NCBI GenBank assembly: GCA_963713825.1
Contig: CAVQNG010000005.1
Location: 256,001 to 320,000, forward strand
Direction of reading: 5' to 3'
Length of the DNA stretch: 64,000 bases
Source of the DNA: an uncultured Acidobacteriota bacterium
GTDB taxonomy: Bacteria; Acidobacteriota; Thermoanaerobaculia; Multivoradales; JAHEKO01
Shown here: in pieces, positions 19,887 through 30,650 of the stretch
How positions within the stretch are numbered: position 1 is the stretch's first letter
Layout: every line of letters begins with the position of its first letter
Notes under the pieces: model-generated
What the model was told of the DNA's origin: nothing
The model's input: the letters and a program-made list of their open reading frames with translations, nothing else
Databases searched by the model: none
Made by a program: the position numbers and the translations under genes

Positions 19887-21515
19887 TCAGTCGGTTGTCG
19901 GCTCGCTCAGCGCCGCCAGGTTCTTGGCGGCGAGCGGATCGTCGGGCTGCAGCATCAGAACCTGCTCCAGGAGGAGCTTGGCCTCTTCGTTCTCGTCTTT
20001 GGCCATCAACAGCACCGCGAGGTCGTTCATGGCAGCGGTGTGCTGCGGTGCCATGGTGATGGTCTTGCGTAGATCTTCCTCGGCCGGGCCACTCAGTCCG
20101 ATGTCGAGCCGAACCACCCCTCGCATGTAGTAGGAATCGGCGATGTCGGGGGCCAGCTGCACTGCGGATTCCGCGACATCCAGGGCTTCCTGGAGGCGGC
20201 CCATCTCCGACAGCAGTCGCGCTTCGAAAAGCATGGGCCGGGGGTCCCCTGGTGCCAGGATTGCCTCTTGTCGCACAGTTCTCAGAGCGGCCTCGCGGTT
20301 GCCACCGCTCGACAGGTGCATGGCCCAGCGCAATCGAGCCCCGGTGGGGTCGTTGGCCAGCGTGCCCAGCGACAGAGCGGCACCTTCCGGGTCGGTACCT
20401 CTGAGAATCTGGCTGACCTGAAGCGCCGTTCGACTCTCCTCGTCCCGTCCCTCCGCCGCCAGCGCTGCGCTCAACCACTCCCAGGCTTCCGGATTGCTGG
20501 GATCGACAGCCGTCGCATATTCGAGAGGCGGCAGGGCATCGGAGCTCCGTCCCGCCTGGCTCAGCATCTGGCCGTAGTCCGCGGTGACCTCGGCCGCCAG
20601 AATCCGGTCGGAGTCCGGTGAGTCTGGTCCGATGCTGGATTGGAGGCTCTCGGCTACCGGTTGCAACGTCTGAATTGCTGCGTCTTGCTGCCCCATCGCG
20701 GCCTGGGCACGGGCTTGAAGTCGTACGAGGTCGGGATCGGTGCCGGCTTTTCCTTCGAGTGCCTGGAGCGCGGATTCAGGCTGACCCACCAAGAGATAGC
20801 TCTCTGCCAGGACACTCAGCACCTGGGGCTCGAGGCCGTCTGGCGGACTTTCCGACAGCGGCTGGATCACGGCGAGAGCACCCCAGCCATCCTCGTTCAG
20901 CAGCCCGACACGACCGCGGAGAATATTGGCGGCCGGCAGATCCAGGGGCAGGGTCATCAGCACGTCTTCGGCATCGGAGGCCCGCCCGAGAGCCACTGCA
21001 CAGGAGGTTGCGGCAAGCAGGGCACCGGTATCCTCGGGGTGAAGCCTGCTCCATGGGCGCAGGAGCAGGAAGGCGTCCATCAGGTTGCCTTGGCGCAGCC
21101 GGACGAATCCCAATTCCCGAGCGGCAGGGCTGACCGGCGTCATCGCTAGCGATCGCTCCAGATATCCCTTCGCCTTGTCGAGATCACCCACTCCAGCCGC
21201 CGCACGTCCGGCGTTGTAAAGCACTGCAGGCTCGGCCTCTGGTGAGTCGGCCAGGGGCGTCAGAATGGTCACGGCATCGGCGGCTCGGTCAGCTTCGAGA
21301 TAGAGCGCCCCAAGGGTTTGCGAGACTCGGGAGTCCTTCTCACCCTGGGCAAGGGCCTCTTCCAGCTCGGTGATCGCTGGGTCGAGCTCACCCGATTCGA
21401 GATGTTTCAACACCCGATTGAGAGTCTCGTCGGCCGCGGTCGGTTCCTGCTGGCCAGCCGCGGCAAGCGGTAGAAGAACAAGCAGTAGCAGTGAGAGGTG
21501 GATCGAATGTCTCAT
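19887..21515 (-). CDS. exported TPR protein
   Basis: Clear signal peptide MRHSIHLSLLLLVLLPLAAAG followed by TPRs. Confidence 0.88.
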   Translation of the reverse strand: MRHSIHLSLLLLVLLPLAAAGQQEPTAADETLNRVLKHLESGELDPAITELEEALAQGEKDSRVSQTLGALYLEADRAADAVTILTPLADSPEAEPAVLYNAGRAAAGVGDLDKAKGYLERSLAMTPVSPAARELGFVRLRQGNLMDAFLLLRPWSRLHPEDTGALLAATSCAVALGRASDAEDVLMTLPLDLPAANILRGRVGLLNEDGWGALAVIQPLSESPPDGLEPQVLSVLAESYLLVGQPESALQALEGKAGTDPDLVRLQARAQAAMGQQDAAIQTLQPVAESLQSSIGPDSPDSDRILAAEVTADYGQMLSQAGRSSDALPPLEYATAVDPSNPEAWEWLSAALAAEGRDEESRTALQVSQILRGTDPEGAALSLGTLANDPTGARLRWAMHLSSGGNREAALRTVRQEAILAPGDPRPMLFEARLLSEMGRLQEALDVAESAVQLAPDIADSYYMRGVVRLDIGLSGPAEEDLRKTITMAPQHTAAMNDLAVLLMAKDENEEAKLLLEQVLMLQPDDPLAAKNLAALSEPTTD

Positions 21516-21693
21516 AGTCGTCTCGATTCTGGTTGGGAAGGGTCACCCGTTCGCGCCAGGCAATACGGGTTAGAATTACGGTCGGAGCGGAAGTATGGAC
21601 CGAACTGCTCGCACGATTGAGCGGTCAAGGAGTTCTTTTAGCCGCACTTCCCACAGTATATACAAGTGTCGACAACCTCCAGGAAGCTCGAAG

Positions 21694-22860
21694 ATGACCA
21701 GGAATCTCTTGCATGGATCGGCCCCAGGGTCCGCCCTGGCTTCTGGCAATAGACCTCGACGGCTCCTCGTCCCATTTCTGGCAGGCGTGCTGGTGGCGCC
21801 ATTGTTCGGGCCGGCCATAGCTTCGACTCAGGCAGCAGCCTCGTCCGATGCCCAGAGCTCGATGCAAGCGGAGCTCGAGGTACGTCGGCGCTTGATGGCG
21901 CATCCCGAGCAGCCGGAGATCTATCTCGAACTGGCGGATCTGCAGGTCTCCCGAGGGGCTGAGGAGGAGGCGTTGGCGACGCTGGTGAGCAGTAGCAACC
22001 GTTTCCTGGGCGCGGACGAGCCCAAGAAGGCGGTCCTGGTGCTGAACAAAGCCGCCGAAATGCGTCCGGACGATGCCGAGCTGCAGTTTCTCCTGGGCAA
22101 GGCCCACACTCAGAATCGTGACTTCGAAGCCGCCGAGGCGCCGCTGCGTCGGTCCATCGAGCTGGGCTCGGAGGACCCCTCGGTCCTGGTCTATCTCGGT
22201 GCCATCCTCTGGGAGAGTGGCCGCATGGCGGAAGCCGAGCCGGTCTACCGGCAAGCGATCGAAGCCACGGACCGAGCCTTCATGCCACTGTCACAGTTGG
22301 GCCGGCTGCTCCTATGGCAAGGCCAGTTCGAAGATGCAGCACAGTTGCTGCAGGAGGCGGCCCAGAAGAACCCCCGAGATGTGGGCACGCTCTTCGATCT
22401 AGCCGAGGCTCTGCGAGGCTCGAACCAGGCCGAAGAGGCCATTGCTACTTATCGCCGCGTGGTTCTTCTCGCTCCCAAGCTGAACAAGGCGCACTACGGA
22501 CTGGCGATGTTGCTGGCCCGTCAGGGCGATCGTGAGGGCAGCAAAGCGGAGTTCGAGATCTACAACCAGCTCATTCTTGCCGCAGAGGAAGGCAACCGGA
22601 TGGCCGAGATCGAAGAAGGTGAGGTCGATCGGGCCGGATTGATGCTGCGACAGGGACAAGTCGAGGCGGCCATCGCCCATCTCGAGAGTCTCGAAGAGAC
22701 TGTCGAAGTGGATCTGGCGAAAGCACAGGCCTACCGGGCCGCAGGCAGGCTGGACGATGCGGTGGAGAGCCTGCAGCGCGCCGTTGCCTTCGATCCCAGC
22801 CGTCAGGATGTGCGCCAGATGTTGGCCAGCATTCGCATGGAAATGGCCCAGGGCCAATGA
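21694..22860 (+). CDS. exported TPR protein
   Basis: Hydrophobic N-terminal segment followed by TPRs. Start uncertain; the ORF is open from 21595. Confidence 0.85.
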   Translation: MTRNLLHGSAPGSALASGNRPRRLLVPFLAGVLVAPLFGPAIASTQAAASSDAQSSMQAELEVRRRLMAHPEQPEIYLELADLQVSRGAEEEALATLVSSSNRFLGADEPKKAVLVLNKAAEMRPDDAELQFLLGKAHTQNRDFEAAEAPLRRSIELGSEDPSVLVYLGAILWESGRMAEAEPVYRQAIEATDRAFMPLSQLGRLLLWQGQFEDAAQLLQEAAQKNPRDVGTLFDLAEALRGSNQAEEAIATYRRVVLLAPKLNKAHYGLAMLLARQGDREGSKAEFEIYNQLILAAEEGNRMAEIEEGEVDRAGLMLRQGQVEAAIAHLESLEETVEVDLAKAQAYRAAGRLDDAVESLQRAVAFDPSRQDVRQMLASIRMEMAQGQ

Positions 22861-24542
22861 GAAAGCCGACCTCCAGGCGCCCTTGGTCGTGGCTCGGCCT
22901 GACCTTGGCTGGTCTGCTGCTCGGCTCGGCGGTGACGGCCGTCGCCCAACAGGACTCGTGCCGTGGGACCGCGATGGCCGAGGCGGCAGAGGACGTCGGC
23001 ATCCACTTCGTGCACGCTCGGGGCGAGACGGGGAACTTCTACAACCCCGAGACGATGGGCTCCGGACTAGCCTGGTTCGACTACGACGGTGATGGTTGGT
23101 TGGACTGCTATCTCGTCCAGTCGGGCCCCTTTCCTCCGACCGCGGAGGGCAGCGACGCGGCCACCAACCAGATGTTTCGCAACACCGGCGACGGGCGCTT
23201 CGAGAACGTCACTGGGCGCACGGGCTCCGGCGAGCGGAGCTATGGACAGGGAGTCCTCGGTGCCGACTTCGACGGTGATCGGATGCCGGATATCTTCCTC
23301 GCCAACTGGGGCGTCGATCGCTTGCTGATGAATCGTGGTGATGGGACTTTCGAAGACCGCACGGCCGAGTCGGGTGTGGATGTCGAGGGCGCCAACGGTT
23401 GGAGCTCCGGTGCGGCTCTCGGCGACGCCGATCGGGACGGCGATCTGGATCTCTATCTGGTGATCTATGTGGAGCACGATCCCGAGCACGAGCCCTTTTG
23501 CCTCCACCCCTCGACAGGTGAGCGTTGGTACTGTGGTCCGTCACCATTCGAGCCCAAGATGGACATCTTCTTCCGCAACCAGGGTGGTGCGGTGTTCAAG
23601 GACGAGACTCTGGAGGCGGGCTTCGAGACTGCCAACGGCAAGGGGCTGGGTGTGCTGTTCGTCGATCTCAATGGCGACAACTGGCCCGATGTCTACGTTG
23701 CCAACGACATGACCTTCAACCTTCTGTTCGTCAACAAAGGTGATGGAACCTTCGAGGACCTGTCGTTGATGTCGGGGGTGGCGGTGAGCCGTGACGGGAT
23801 GCCCGAGGCGGGAATGGGAGTGGCGATCGGCGATGTGGATGGCGACGGTGATGCCGACATGGCGGTGGCCAACTTCGACGTCCAGACCAACACCCTCTAC
23901 ACCAATCAGGGGGACCTCTTCTTCGAAGATACCTCCGCTGCCAGCGGTTTCGGCGCCGCTTCGTTCAACTACGTCGGGTTCGGCCTCGTCATGGCCGACT
24001 TCAACCGTGACGGCCATATGGACTTCTTCAACGGTACCGGGCACACCGTCGAGATCTCGCCACGCGCCAACGTCTTCTACGAGCAGCCGGATGTCCTGCT
24101 GCTCGGCGACGGCAAAGGAAATTTCGCCGAGCCCGACTGCCCGCTGCCGAATAAGCTCCCCTCGGTCTCGCGTGGCGTGGCCTACGCCGACTATGACAAC
24201 GACGGCGACCCGGACATCGGAATCCAACGCAGCGGCCGGGCCTTTTCCCTGCTTCGCAACGACACGCAGGCCGGCAGCTGGCTGGGTCTGCGTCTGTGGA
24301 GTAACACGGCCAACAGCGAAGGTGTTGGCGCGGTGGCAACACTCACAACGAGCCAGGGCGTTCAGAAACGCTGGGTGATCGCCGGCAGCAGCTACCAGTC
24401 CTCGTCGGACATCCGCGTCCTCTTCGGCTTCGACGAGAAGGCGGAGATTCACGAAGTCGAGATCCTCTGGCAATCCGGTAAGGTGCAGCGGATTCTTCAA
24501 CCTCCTCTCGAGAGTTATCTCACGGTGCGGGAGCCCCTGTGA
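22857..24542 (+). CDS. CRTAC1-family FG-GAP repeat protein with ASPIC/UnbV domain
   Basis: Signal peptide, ETMGSG.AWFDYDGDG, repeated DxDxDG motifs, GSSYQSSSD.RVLFG. ATGA overlap with the upstream TPR gene. Confidence 0.92.
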   Translation: MRKPTSRRPWSWLGLTLAGLLLGSAVTAVAQQDSCRGTAMAEAAEDVGIHFVHARGETGNFYNPETMGSGLAWFDYDGDGWLDCYLVQSGPFPPTAEGSDAATNQMFRNTGDGRFENVTGRTGSGERSYGQGVLGADFDGDRMPDIFLANWGVDRLLMNRGDGTFEDRTAESGVDVEGANGWSSGAALGDADRDGDLDLYLVIYVEHDPEHEPFCLHPSTGERWYCGPSPFEPKMDIFFRNQGGAVFKDETLEAGFETANGKGLGVLFVDLNGDNWPDVYVANDMTFNLLFVNKGDGTFEDLSLMSGVAVSRDGMPEAGMGVAIGDVDGDGDADMAVANFDVQTNTLYTNQGDLFFEDTSAASGFGAASFNYVGFGLVMADFNRDGHMDFFNGTGHTVEISPRANVFYEQPDVLLLGDGKGNFAEPDCPLPNKLPSVSRGVAYADYDNDGDPDIGIQRSGRAFSLLRNDTQAGSWLGLRLWSNTANSEGVGAVATLTTSQGVQKRWVIAGSSYQSSSDIRVLFGFDEKAEIHEVEILWQSGKVQRILQPPLESYLTVREPL

Positions 24543-24545
24543 GTC

Positions 24546-26561
24546 GTGGGAATGACCATGCATAGACGAATCGAAATCTCATTCACCAATCGAGCTGGTT
24601 TGCTGGCTCTCGCTGTCCTGGGGCTCGCCTTGGGCCTGACGTCGTCCGCTGCCGCTCAGCTACCCGATCTGTTGCCGATACCAGATGTCGAGCTCACCGA
24701 AGACGTGGAATCCGGTGTGCAGGAGGTCTTTCCGCAACTGCGTCAGGCGATCGATCAGCTGGAGGCGAACAGTGGCACGACCGCGTCTCAGCTTGCCGAG
24801 GCCTATGGTGAGCTGGGTCGCGCGGCCCTCTACTATGAGACATCGGCGGTGATCGAGCCGGCGCTGAAGAATGCGCAGCGACTGGATCCCGAGGACTCCC
24901 GTTGGCCCTACTATCTGGGTGCCTACTACCAGGATCAGCGGCGACTCGAAGAGGCCACGGATCAGCTGGTGATAGCACATCAGCTGCAACCAGACAACGC
25001 GGCGATCAATGTACGCCTCGGGCAGCTGGCCTTGCTGTCGGATCGGCCGGAGCAGGCGCCAGAGTACTTCGAGAAGGCGACGGGCAGCGACGGTTTCGCG
25101 GCCCTGGCGCTGTATGGTCTGGGGCGGAGCGCCGGTCTGCGGGGTGACGACGCGGCCGCCCTGGAGCTCTACAAAGCGGCCCTGGAGCTGCAGCCTGAAG
25201 CGGCCGAGATCCATCAACAGATGGGACTCGCCTATCGCAAGCTGGGTGACATGGACGCGGCGCGGGAGCACCTGTCAAAGCAGGCTTCGGGCAGCCTCTC
25301 TTTCCCGGACCCCTTGATGGACTCGTTGAAAAGCGATTTTTCGCGCAGTCATCTCTTTGCCGGTCTCGAGGCCCAATCCACAGGTCGTTGGGAGGCGGCC
25401 GTTGCCGAGTACCGCAAGGCGGTGAATGAGGATCCGACCAATGGTGTCAACCACCAGATTCTGGCCGACGCTCTGGAGAAGAGTGGCGATCTGGATTCAG
25501 CCATCGAAGAGTTTCGGCTGGCTGCCTCCTTGCTGCCGAGTGATGGGATGGTCCGTGTGCAGCTGGCGAAGGCTCTGGTCACTAGAGATGGCGTCAGCGA
25601 CGAGGCGATCGATATGTTCCGTCGAGCGGTCGAACTGACTCCGGGCCTCGTGGAGGCGAGAAGGGGACTGGCATCCGTTCTGCTGCACCAGCAACGCTAC
25701 GAGGAGGCGCTCGAGCACCTCGATGCGACCCTCGAGATCGATTCGACTGATCCTGGAGCCAGATTGATGCGCGCTCGAGCCCTGGCTGCAGTGGGCAGAG
25801 AGACCGAGGCCAAGTTGGACCTCGAGTCGATCGTCGCGGCACAACCGGAAGCGCTCGAAGCGACACTCGACTTAGCAGCGCTCGAGGCCCGTCAAGGCAA
25901 GTTCGGTGCCGCCATCACGAGGCTCGAAGGCCTCCTCGTAAGCGCCGACGACGACAACTCGAGAGCGATTCTGAATTTCGAGATCGGCGGGCTGAAGCAA
26001 CTGGCCGGCGATGACGAGGCAGCGCTCCAATACTACGAGGCGGCAATCGAACAAGCGCCTGAGCTCAGGGACGCTCAGTTCAACCGGGCCGTCTCGCTGG
26101 GCCGACTCGGCAGGCAGGCAGAGGCGGAAGAGCAGCTGCGGCAGGTCCTCGAGATCGACCCGCAGGATGAGAAGAGCTACCTCGCATTGGCACAGACCTT
26201 GGCAGGCCGCGGGCAGTTCGCGGATTCTCGGCAAGTCCTACAGGATGGACTGGATGAGGTCGTGGAGAGCAAGCTGCTCATGGCTGCCATGGTGCAGTTG
26301 CTGCTCGCCAGCCCCGATCCGGAGACCCGTGACGCGGCGGCCGCGGTACCCTTGGCCACCCGACTGCACGAGATCGACCCGTCGGTCCAGAACGGTGCCA
26401 TGGTCGCGGCGGCCCTCGGCGCGTCTGGCCGCTCTGCAGAGGCGGCGGAGTGGCAGGCCAGAGTTCTGCGCCAGGCCGAAGCGGCTGGTTGGCCCCAGGA
26501 ACAGCTGCAGCGCATGCGATCCGACCTGGCGCTGTACCGGCAGCGGGCCGGGGGAGGCTGA
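24546..26561 (+). CDS. exported TPR protein
   Basis: Signal peptide and TPRs. Shares RW.YY.G, FPDPL and LLA..PD...RD motifs with 17940-19877. Confidence 0.88.
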   Translation: MGMTMHRRIEISFTNRAGLLALAVLGLALGLTSSAAAQLPDLLPIPDVELTEDVESGVQEVFPQLRQAIDQLEANSGTTASQLAEAYGELGRAALYYETSAVIEPALKNAQRLDPEDSRWPYYLGAYYQDQRRLEEATDQLVIAHQLQPDNAAINVRLGQLALLSDRPEQAPEYFEKATGSDGFAALALYGLGRSAGLRGDDAAALELYKAALELQPEAAEIHQQMGLAYRKLGDMDAAREHLSKQASGSLSFPDPLMDSLKSDFSRSHLFAGLEAQSTGRWEAAVAEYRKAVNEDPTNGVNHQILADALEKSGDLDSAIEEFRLAASLLPSDGMVRVQLAKALVTRDGVSDEAIDMFRRAVELTPGLVEARRGLASVLLHQQRYEEALEHLDATLEIDSTDPGARLMRARALAAVGRETEAKLDLESIVAAQPEALEATLDLAALEARQGKFGAAITRLEGLLVSADDDNSRAILNFEIGGLKQLAGDDEAALQYYEAAIEQAPELRDAQFNRAVSLGRLGRQAEAEEQLRQVLEIDPQDEKSYLALAQTLAGRGQFADSRQVLQDGLDEVVESKLLMAAMVQLLLASPDPETRDAAAAVPLATRLHEIDPSVQNGAMVAAALGASGRSAEAAEWQARVLRQAEAAGWPQEQLQRMRSDLALYRQRAGGG

Positions 26562-28369
26562 TGAGCCCGCAGAGAGGCGCTCGGGAGGTGTCGACCTGGC
26601 GCATTGCCATCAGGCGTTGGCGCCTGCTGAGACTCACCCTGCTCGCCTGTTTCGCCTTGGTGCCTCTGGAGCATCTTCACGCCCAGACTCCGTCACCGGA
26701 CGATTCGACAGGAGATGCGAGTCCCGGTTTCATCTTCTCGGATGCAAGTCTTCCTGCCGGGTTTGATTTTCACCTGTTCAACGGTGCGTCGGGCGAGATC
26801 TACTTCCTCGAGATCATGGGTTCGGGGGGCGGATTGATCGACTTCGACGCCGATGGGGATCTCGATCTCTACGCGGTGCAGGGCACGATGCTGGCGCCGG
26901 GCAAAGGCGTCGAAGACGCCGAGATTCCCCCGCAGCATCCAATCCCCTTGACCGACCGGCTGTATCGCAATGACCTGGAGGTCGATCCCCAGGGGCGTCG
27001 GTCGCTGCACTTCACCGACGTGACGGAGAAAGCGGGCCTGACTCGATCCGAGTACGGCTTTGGTGTGGCGACCGGGGACTACGACAACGATGGCTGGACC
27101 GACCTCTATGTGACGAACTTCGGCTCGAATCAGCTGCTTCGCAACAATGGGGACGGCACGTTCGCCGATGTCACCGAGGTTTCGGGAAGCGATGACAAGG
27201 GTTGGAGTGTCAGCGCCAGCTTTGTGGACTTCGATCGCGATGGGTGGCTGGATCTCTACGTCACGAACTATGTGGACTTCAGCGTCGAAAAGCGGCGCCA
27301 CTGCCTGAACCCGATGGGCGCCGCCGACTACTGCGATCCGGATGCCTATCCTTCGGGTGATGATCGTTTGTTTCGCAATCGCGGCGATGGAACTTTCGAG
27401 GATGTCTCGATCCAGGCCGGCATCCGAGTCGAGCCGAGGACAGGCCTGGGTGTCGCTTCGGCCGACTTCGACCTCGATGGCTGGCCCGATCTCTACGTCG
27501 CCAACGACGGCATGTCCAATCTGCTGTTCATGAACAATCGGGACGGCACCTTTCGTGACGACACCCTGCTGGCCGGTTGTGCGGTCAACTCGGAAGGCCA
27601 GCGAGAGGCTTCCATGGGCATCGATGTCGCCGATGTGGACAACGATGGCGACGAAGACATCTTTCTGACCCACTACGCGCGGGAGACCAATACTCTCTAC
27701 ATCAACGACGGCACAGCGATGTTCGACGATGTGACGCAAGTCAGCGGCCTGGCGACACCGAGCTGGAATTTCACCAGCTTCGGGACCCACCTTTTCGACT
27801 ACGACAACGACGGTCTGCTCGACATCATGACGGTGAGCGGCGCCGTGACGATCTTCTCCAATGGCAGTCGGGAGAACCTGGCGCAGAGGAATCAACTGTT
27901 TCGCAACCTCGATGGCAGGCATTTCGAAGACATGAGCGACCAGGCAAGCGAAGCCTTCCTCCTGGAGGAGGTGAGCCGGGGCGCGGCCTTCGGCGACATC
28001 GACAACGATGGGGACACCGACGTCGTGGTCTTCAACAACTCGGAGCCCTCCCGCCTGCTGGTCAACCAGGTTGGCTCCGATCGTCAATGGCTGGGACTTC
28101 GACTGGTGGGGAAGGGCACGCCCCGCGACATGCAAGGGGCCTGGGTAGAGCTCAGGCAGCCGCCTGGGCCGACGCTATGGCGCCGCGTTCATACCGATGG
28201 CAGCTACGCCTCGGCGAGCGACCCTCGACTGCTCTTCGGGCTGGCCGACCGGACTTCGCCGGGCACGGCGCGAGTCTCCTGGCCGAGCGGTCTGGTCGAG
28301 GAGTTCACCGATCTGCCGGTGGGGCAGTACACGGAGTTGAAGGAAGGCACCGGTCGAGCCCTGGAGTAG
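26561..28369 (+). CDS. CRTAC1-family FG-GAP repeat protein with ASPIC/UnbV domain
   Basis: TGATG coupling to the upstream gene, EIMGSG, DxDxDG blades, TDGSYASASDPRLLFGL. Closest to 16210-17943. Confidence 0.92.
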   Translation: MSPQRGAREVSTWRIAIRRWRLLRLTLLACFALVPLEHLHAQTPSPDDSTGDASPGFIFSDASLPAGFDFHLFNGASGEIYFLEIMGSGGGLIDFDADGDLDLYAVQGTMLAPGKGVEDAEIPPQHPIPLTDRLYRNDLEVDPQGRRSLHFTDVTEKAGLTRSEYGFGVATGDYDNDGWTDLYVTNFGSNQLLRNNGDGTFADVTEVSGSDDKGWSVSASFVDFDRDGWLDLYVTNYVDFSVEKRRHCLNPMGAADYCDPDAYPSGDDRLFRNRGDGTFEDVSIQAGIRVEPRTGLGVASADFDLDGWPDLYVANDGMSNLLFMNNRDGTFRDDTLLAGCAVNSEGQREASMGIDVADVDNDGDEDIFLTHYARETNTLYINDGTAMFDDVTQVSGLATPSWNFTSFGTHLFDYDNDGLLDIMTVSGAVTIFSNGSRENLAQRNQLFRNLDGRHFEDMSDQASEAFLLEEVSRGAAFGDIDNDGDTDVVVFNNSEPSRLLVNQVGSDRQWLGLRLVGKGTPRDMQGAWVELRQPPGPTLWRRVHTDGSYASASDPRLLFGLADRTSPGTARVSWPSGLVEEFTDLPVGQYTELKEGTGRALE

Positions 28370-28407
28370 GTGGCCCCTCGCGCAGCTCGATCGGTCGGGA
28401 GGGTCGA

Positions 28408-30618
28408 TCAACCCAGCTCGCGAAGAGCTGGGTCCTGCGGCCAACGGCGAAGAGCATCCTGTAACACGCTGTTGGCGACTGCCGGTTGACCGATACGGCG
28501 GAGGGTCTGGACGGCCTTGGCATGGGCCACCGCGGTGGGATTCTCCTCGACCATTCGTTGGAGGCTGGCTCGAGCCTGTTGCGAGTCGCCCTGCATGGTG
28601 TAGACCACGGCAAGACTGGTGAAGGCGTCCAGCTCTGTAGGGAACAGATCGGTCTCCTTGGCGTAGGCCTCGGTGGCCTTGTCGAGCTCTTCGAGTCGGG
28701 CGAAGCAGCTGCCTCGTAGGTAGTACGCACCACGAATCGACGGCCAGTCGGTCCGGTCACCGAACTCCGAGAGAAGCTCATCGGTGAGGTCCAGCGCCTC
28801 CCTGAAGCGGTTCTGGCTGAAGCGCAGCTCGGCGGCAGTGAGGAGTGGCCCCAGCCGGGAGCCACGGCGGGCTAGAGCCTCCTCGACGATCGGCGCAGCA
28901 CTGCCCAGGTCACCCTGGCGAATTCGAATCTGGGCCAGCACGTCGCGACTCTGCTCGTGACCGTCGACCGCCAGCTCGGCGTACTGCGCTGCCTCGTCGA
29001 GTCGCCCCAGACCGAGGAGCGCGGAAGCCATCGCGCCTGCTACCGGCGGAGAACCTCCTGATAGCTCCATGGCTCGTTCGAAGGCTTCGAGAGCCGCCTG
29101 TGTCTGTCCCATCGCCATACGCGCGTGGCCGAGCTGCTCCCAGGCATCGATCAGCTGCGGTTGTTTGTCGGCCACTGCCTGGAAGGCCTCCGCGGCCGCT
29201 TCGTAGCTACCCTGGGCGTAGGCCTCGAATGCGACCTTCAGCTCTTCGACGGTTGCCAGCTGGCTCTTGGGGTCGGCGAGATCGCCGCTGTCGCTGCCGA
29301 CGGTCGACCCCAGATACCCCAGAGCGGCCAGCCGGGCGCGAGTTTCGGCATCTTCCTCGGAAGGGGGAGCGAAACTCTGCTCGTAGGCGTCGAGATGCTG
29401 GCGCATCCTGCCGAGAGCACGGCGGTCGTCACGCAGGATGTTGTTGGTTTCTCCCGGATCCTGGTCGAGATGGTAGAGCTCCGGGTCGGGTCCCTGAATG
29501 TAGTGGTAGGGCGGGTCGACAACCGAGAAGAGCTCGCTCCACCCGAAGTGAAACCGCGGGAAGAAGGTCTCGGAGTAGATGGGGCGAGGCTCTCCCTCAT
29601 CCTCGCCGGCCAGCAGAGATCGGCCAGGCAGGTCTTGGGGAATGTCGATGTCGAGTAGAGCCGCGATTGTCGGGACGACGTCGATGAGGCCGACGGCCCG
29701 CTCGACCGTGGTTCCACCCTTGTCCGCAGAAGGCAATTTGAGAAGAAGCGGGATCTGCAGGGACTCTCGATAGAGCAACAGGCCATGCTCGTAGTCGCCA
29801 TGGTCGTACAGCCCCTCGCCGTGGTCGGAGGTAAGGATGATGATGGACGAGTCGTAGATGTCGAGCTTTTGGAGCTCATCGAGGAGCGCGCCGATCACCG
29901 CGTCGGCGGCCGCCACCTCGCCATCGTAGGCCGACTCGTAGCGTGAGGCGAAGGGCTCCGGAGGATCATGGGGAGCATGAGGCTCATAGATGTGAAAGAA
30001 GAAGAAGAAGGGCTCGCCGGCCACCGATTGAAGCCAGTCTCGCGCCGCAGCGAGGGTGTCGTGGCCGTCGCGCTGGACGTCGCTGAGCAGCGTCTTGGCG
30101 CCGATCACCAGGTGGTCGTCGTAGAAGTCGAATCCGGCATCGAGACCCGCCGTGGCTCGCAGAACGAAGGCCGACACTGCAGCACCCGTGCGGTAGCCGA
30201 GCTTCTCGAGCATCCTGGGAAGGTATGGCAGGCCTTCGGTCCTGAGGCGGTAGCCGGCATTGTCGCGCACTCCGTGCTCGGGCGGGTAGAGGCCCGTGAG
30301 CATGGAAACGTGTGCCGGCAGGGTAAGGGGTACTTGTGTATAGGCCTGGCGAAAGAGGATCGAGTCGGCCCTCAGGCGGTCGATCGCCGGCGTCGCGACC
30401 CGATCGTAGCCGTAGGCGGGGAGCCGGTCGGAGCGCAGGGTATCAATCGAGATCAGGATAACGGGGGTGCCCGATGCAGCCGACGGCCCTGCCGCCTGCC
30501 GGTCGCAGGAGAGAAGGCTGAGCCCCAACAGCGCGAGCCAACAAACAACCAGCCCGCGCTCGGTGATCGAGCGCAGGGCCGGAAGGGAACGACTTCGAAC
30601 GGTTTTCGTGGTGGCCAA
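28408..30618 (-). CDS. sulfatase-like lipoprotein with C-terminal TPRs
   Basis: Lipobox LLSC, ISIDTLRSD, PLTLPAH, HIYEPH, SDHGEGLYDHGDYEHG, LAALGY and TPRs. Confidence 0.9.
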   Translation of the reverse strand: MATTKTVRSRSLPALRSITERGLVVCWLALLGLSLLSCDRQAAGPSAASGTPVILISIDTLRSDRLPAYGYDRVATPAIDRLRADSILFRQAYTQVPLTLPAHVSMLTGLYPPEHGVRDNAGYRLRTEGLPYLPRMLEKLGYRTGAAVSAFVLRATAGLDAGFDFYDDHLVIGAKTLLSDVQRDGHDTLAAARDWLQSVAGEPFFFFFHIYEPHAPHDPPEPFASRYESAYDGEVAAADAVIGALLDELQKLDIYDSSIIILTSDHGEGLYDHGDYEHGLLLYRESLQIPLLLKLPSADKGGTTVERAVGLIDVVPTIAALLDIDIPQDLPGRSLLAGEDEGEPRPIYSETFFPRFHFGWSELFSVVDPPYHYIQGPDPELYHLDQDPGETNNILRDDRRALGRMRQHLDAYEQSFAPPSEEDAETRARLAALGYLGSTVGSDSGDLADPKSQLATVEELKVAFEAYAQGSYEAAAEAFQAVADKQPQLIDAWEQLGHARMAMGQTQAALEAFERAMELSGGSPPVAGAMASALLGLGRLDEAAQYAELAVDGHEQSRDVLAQIRIRQGDLGSAAPIVEEALARRGSRLGPLLTAAELRFSQNRFREALDLTDELLSEFGDRTDWPSIRGAYYLRGSCFARLEELDKATEAYAKETDLFPTELDAFTSLAVVYTMQGDSQQARASLQRMVEENPTAVAHAKAVQTLRRIGQPAVANSVLQDALRRWPQDPALRELG

Positions 30619-30650
30619 GAGCGCGACAGCTCGGAAGAGCTGCGGTCCTC

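Noticed and set aside
26693-28135. Long antisense ORFs (also 7837-9048, 8855-10015, 42865-44193, 62543-63787 and others)
   Set aside because: Shadow frames of well-supported GC-rich genes, with no recognisable motifs.
22857-28369. RGD integrin-binding motifs in the CRTAC1 proteins
   Set aside because: They occur within the structural N.GDGTF blade turn, and other blades have T, K or N instead of R.
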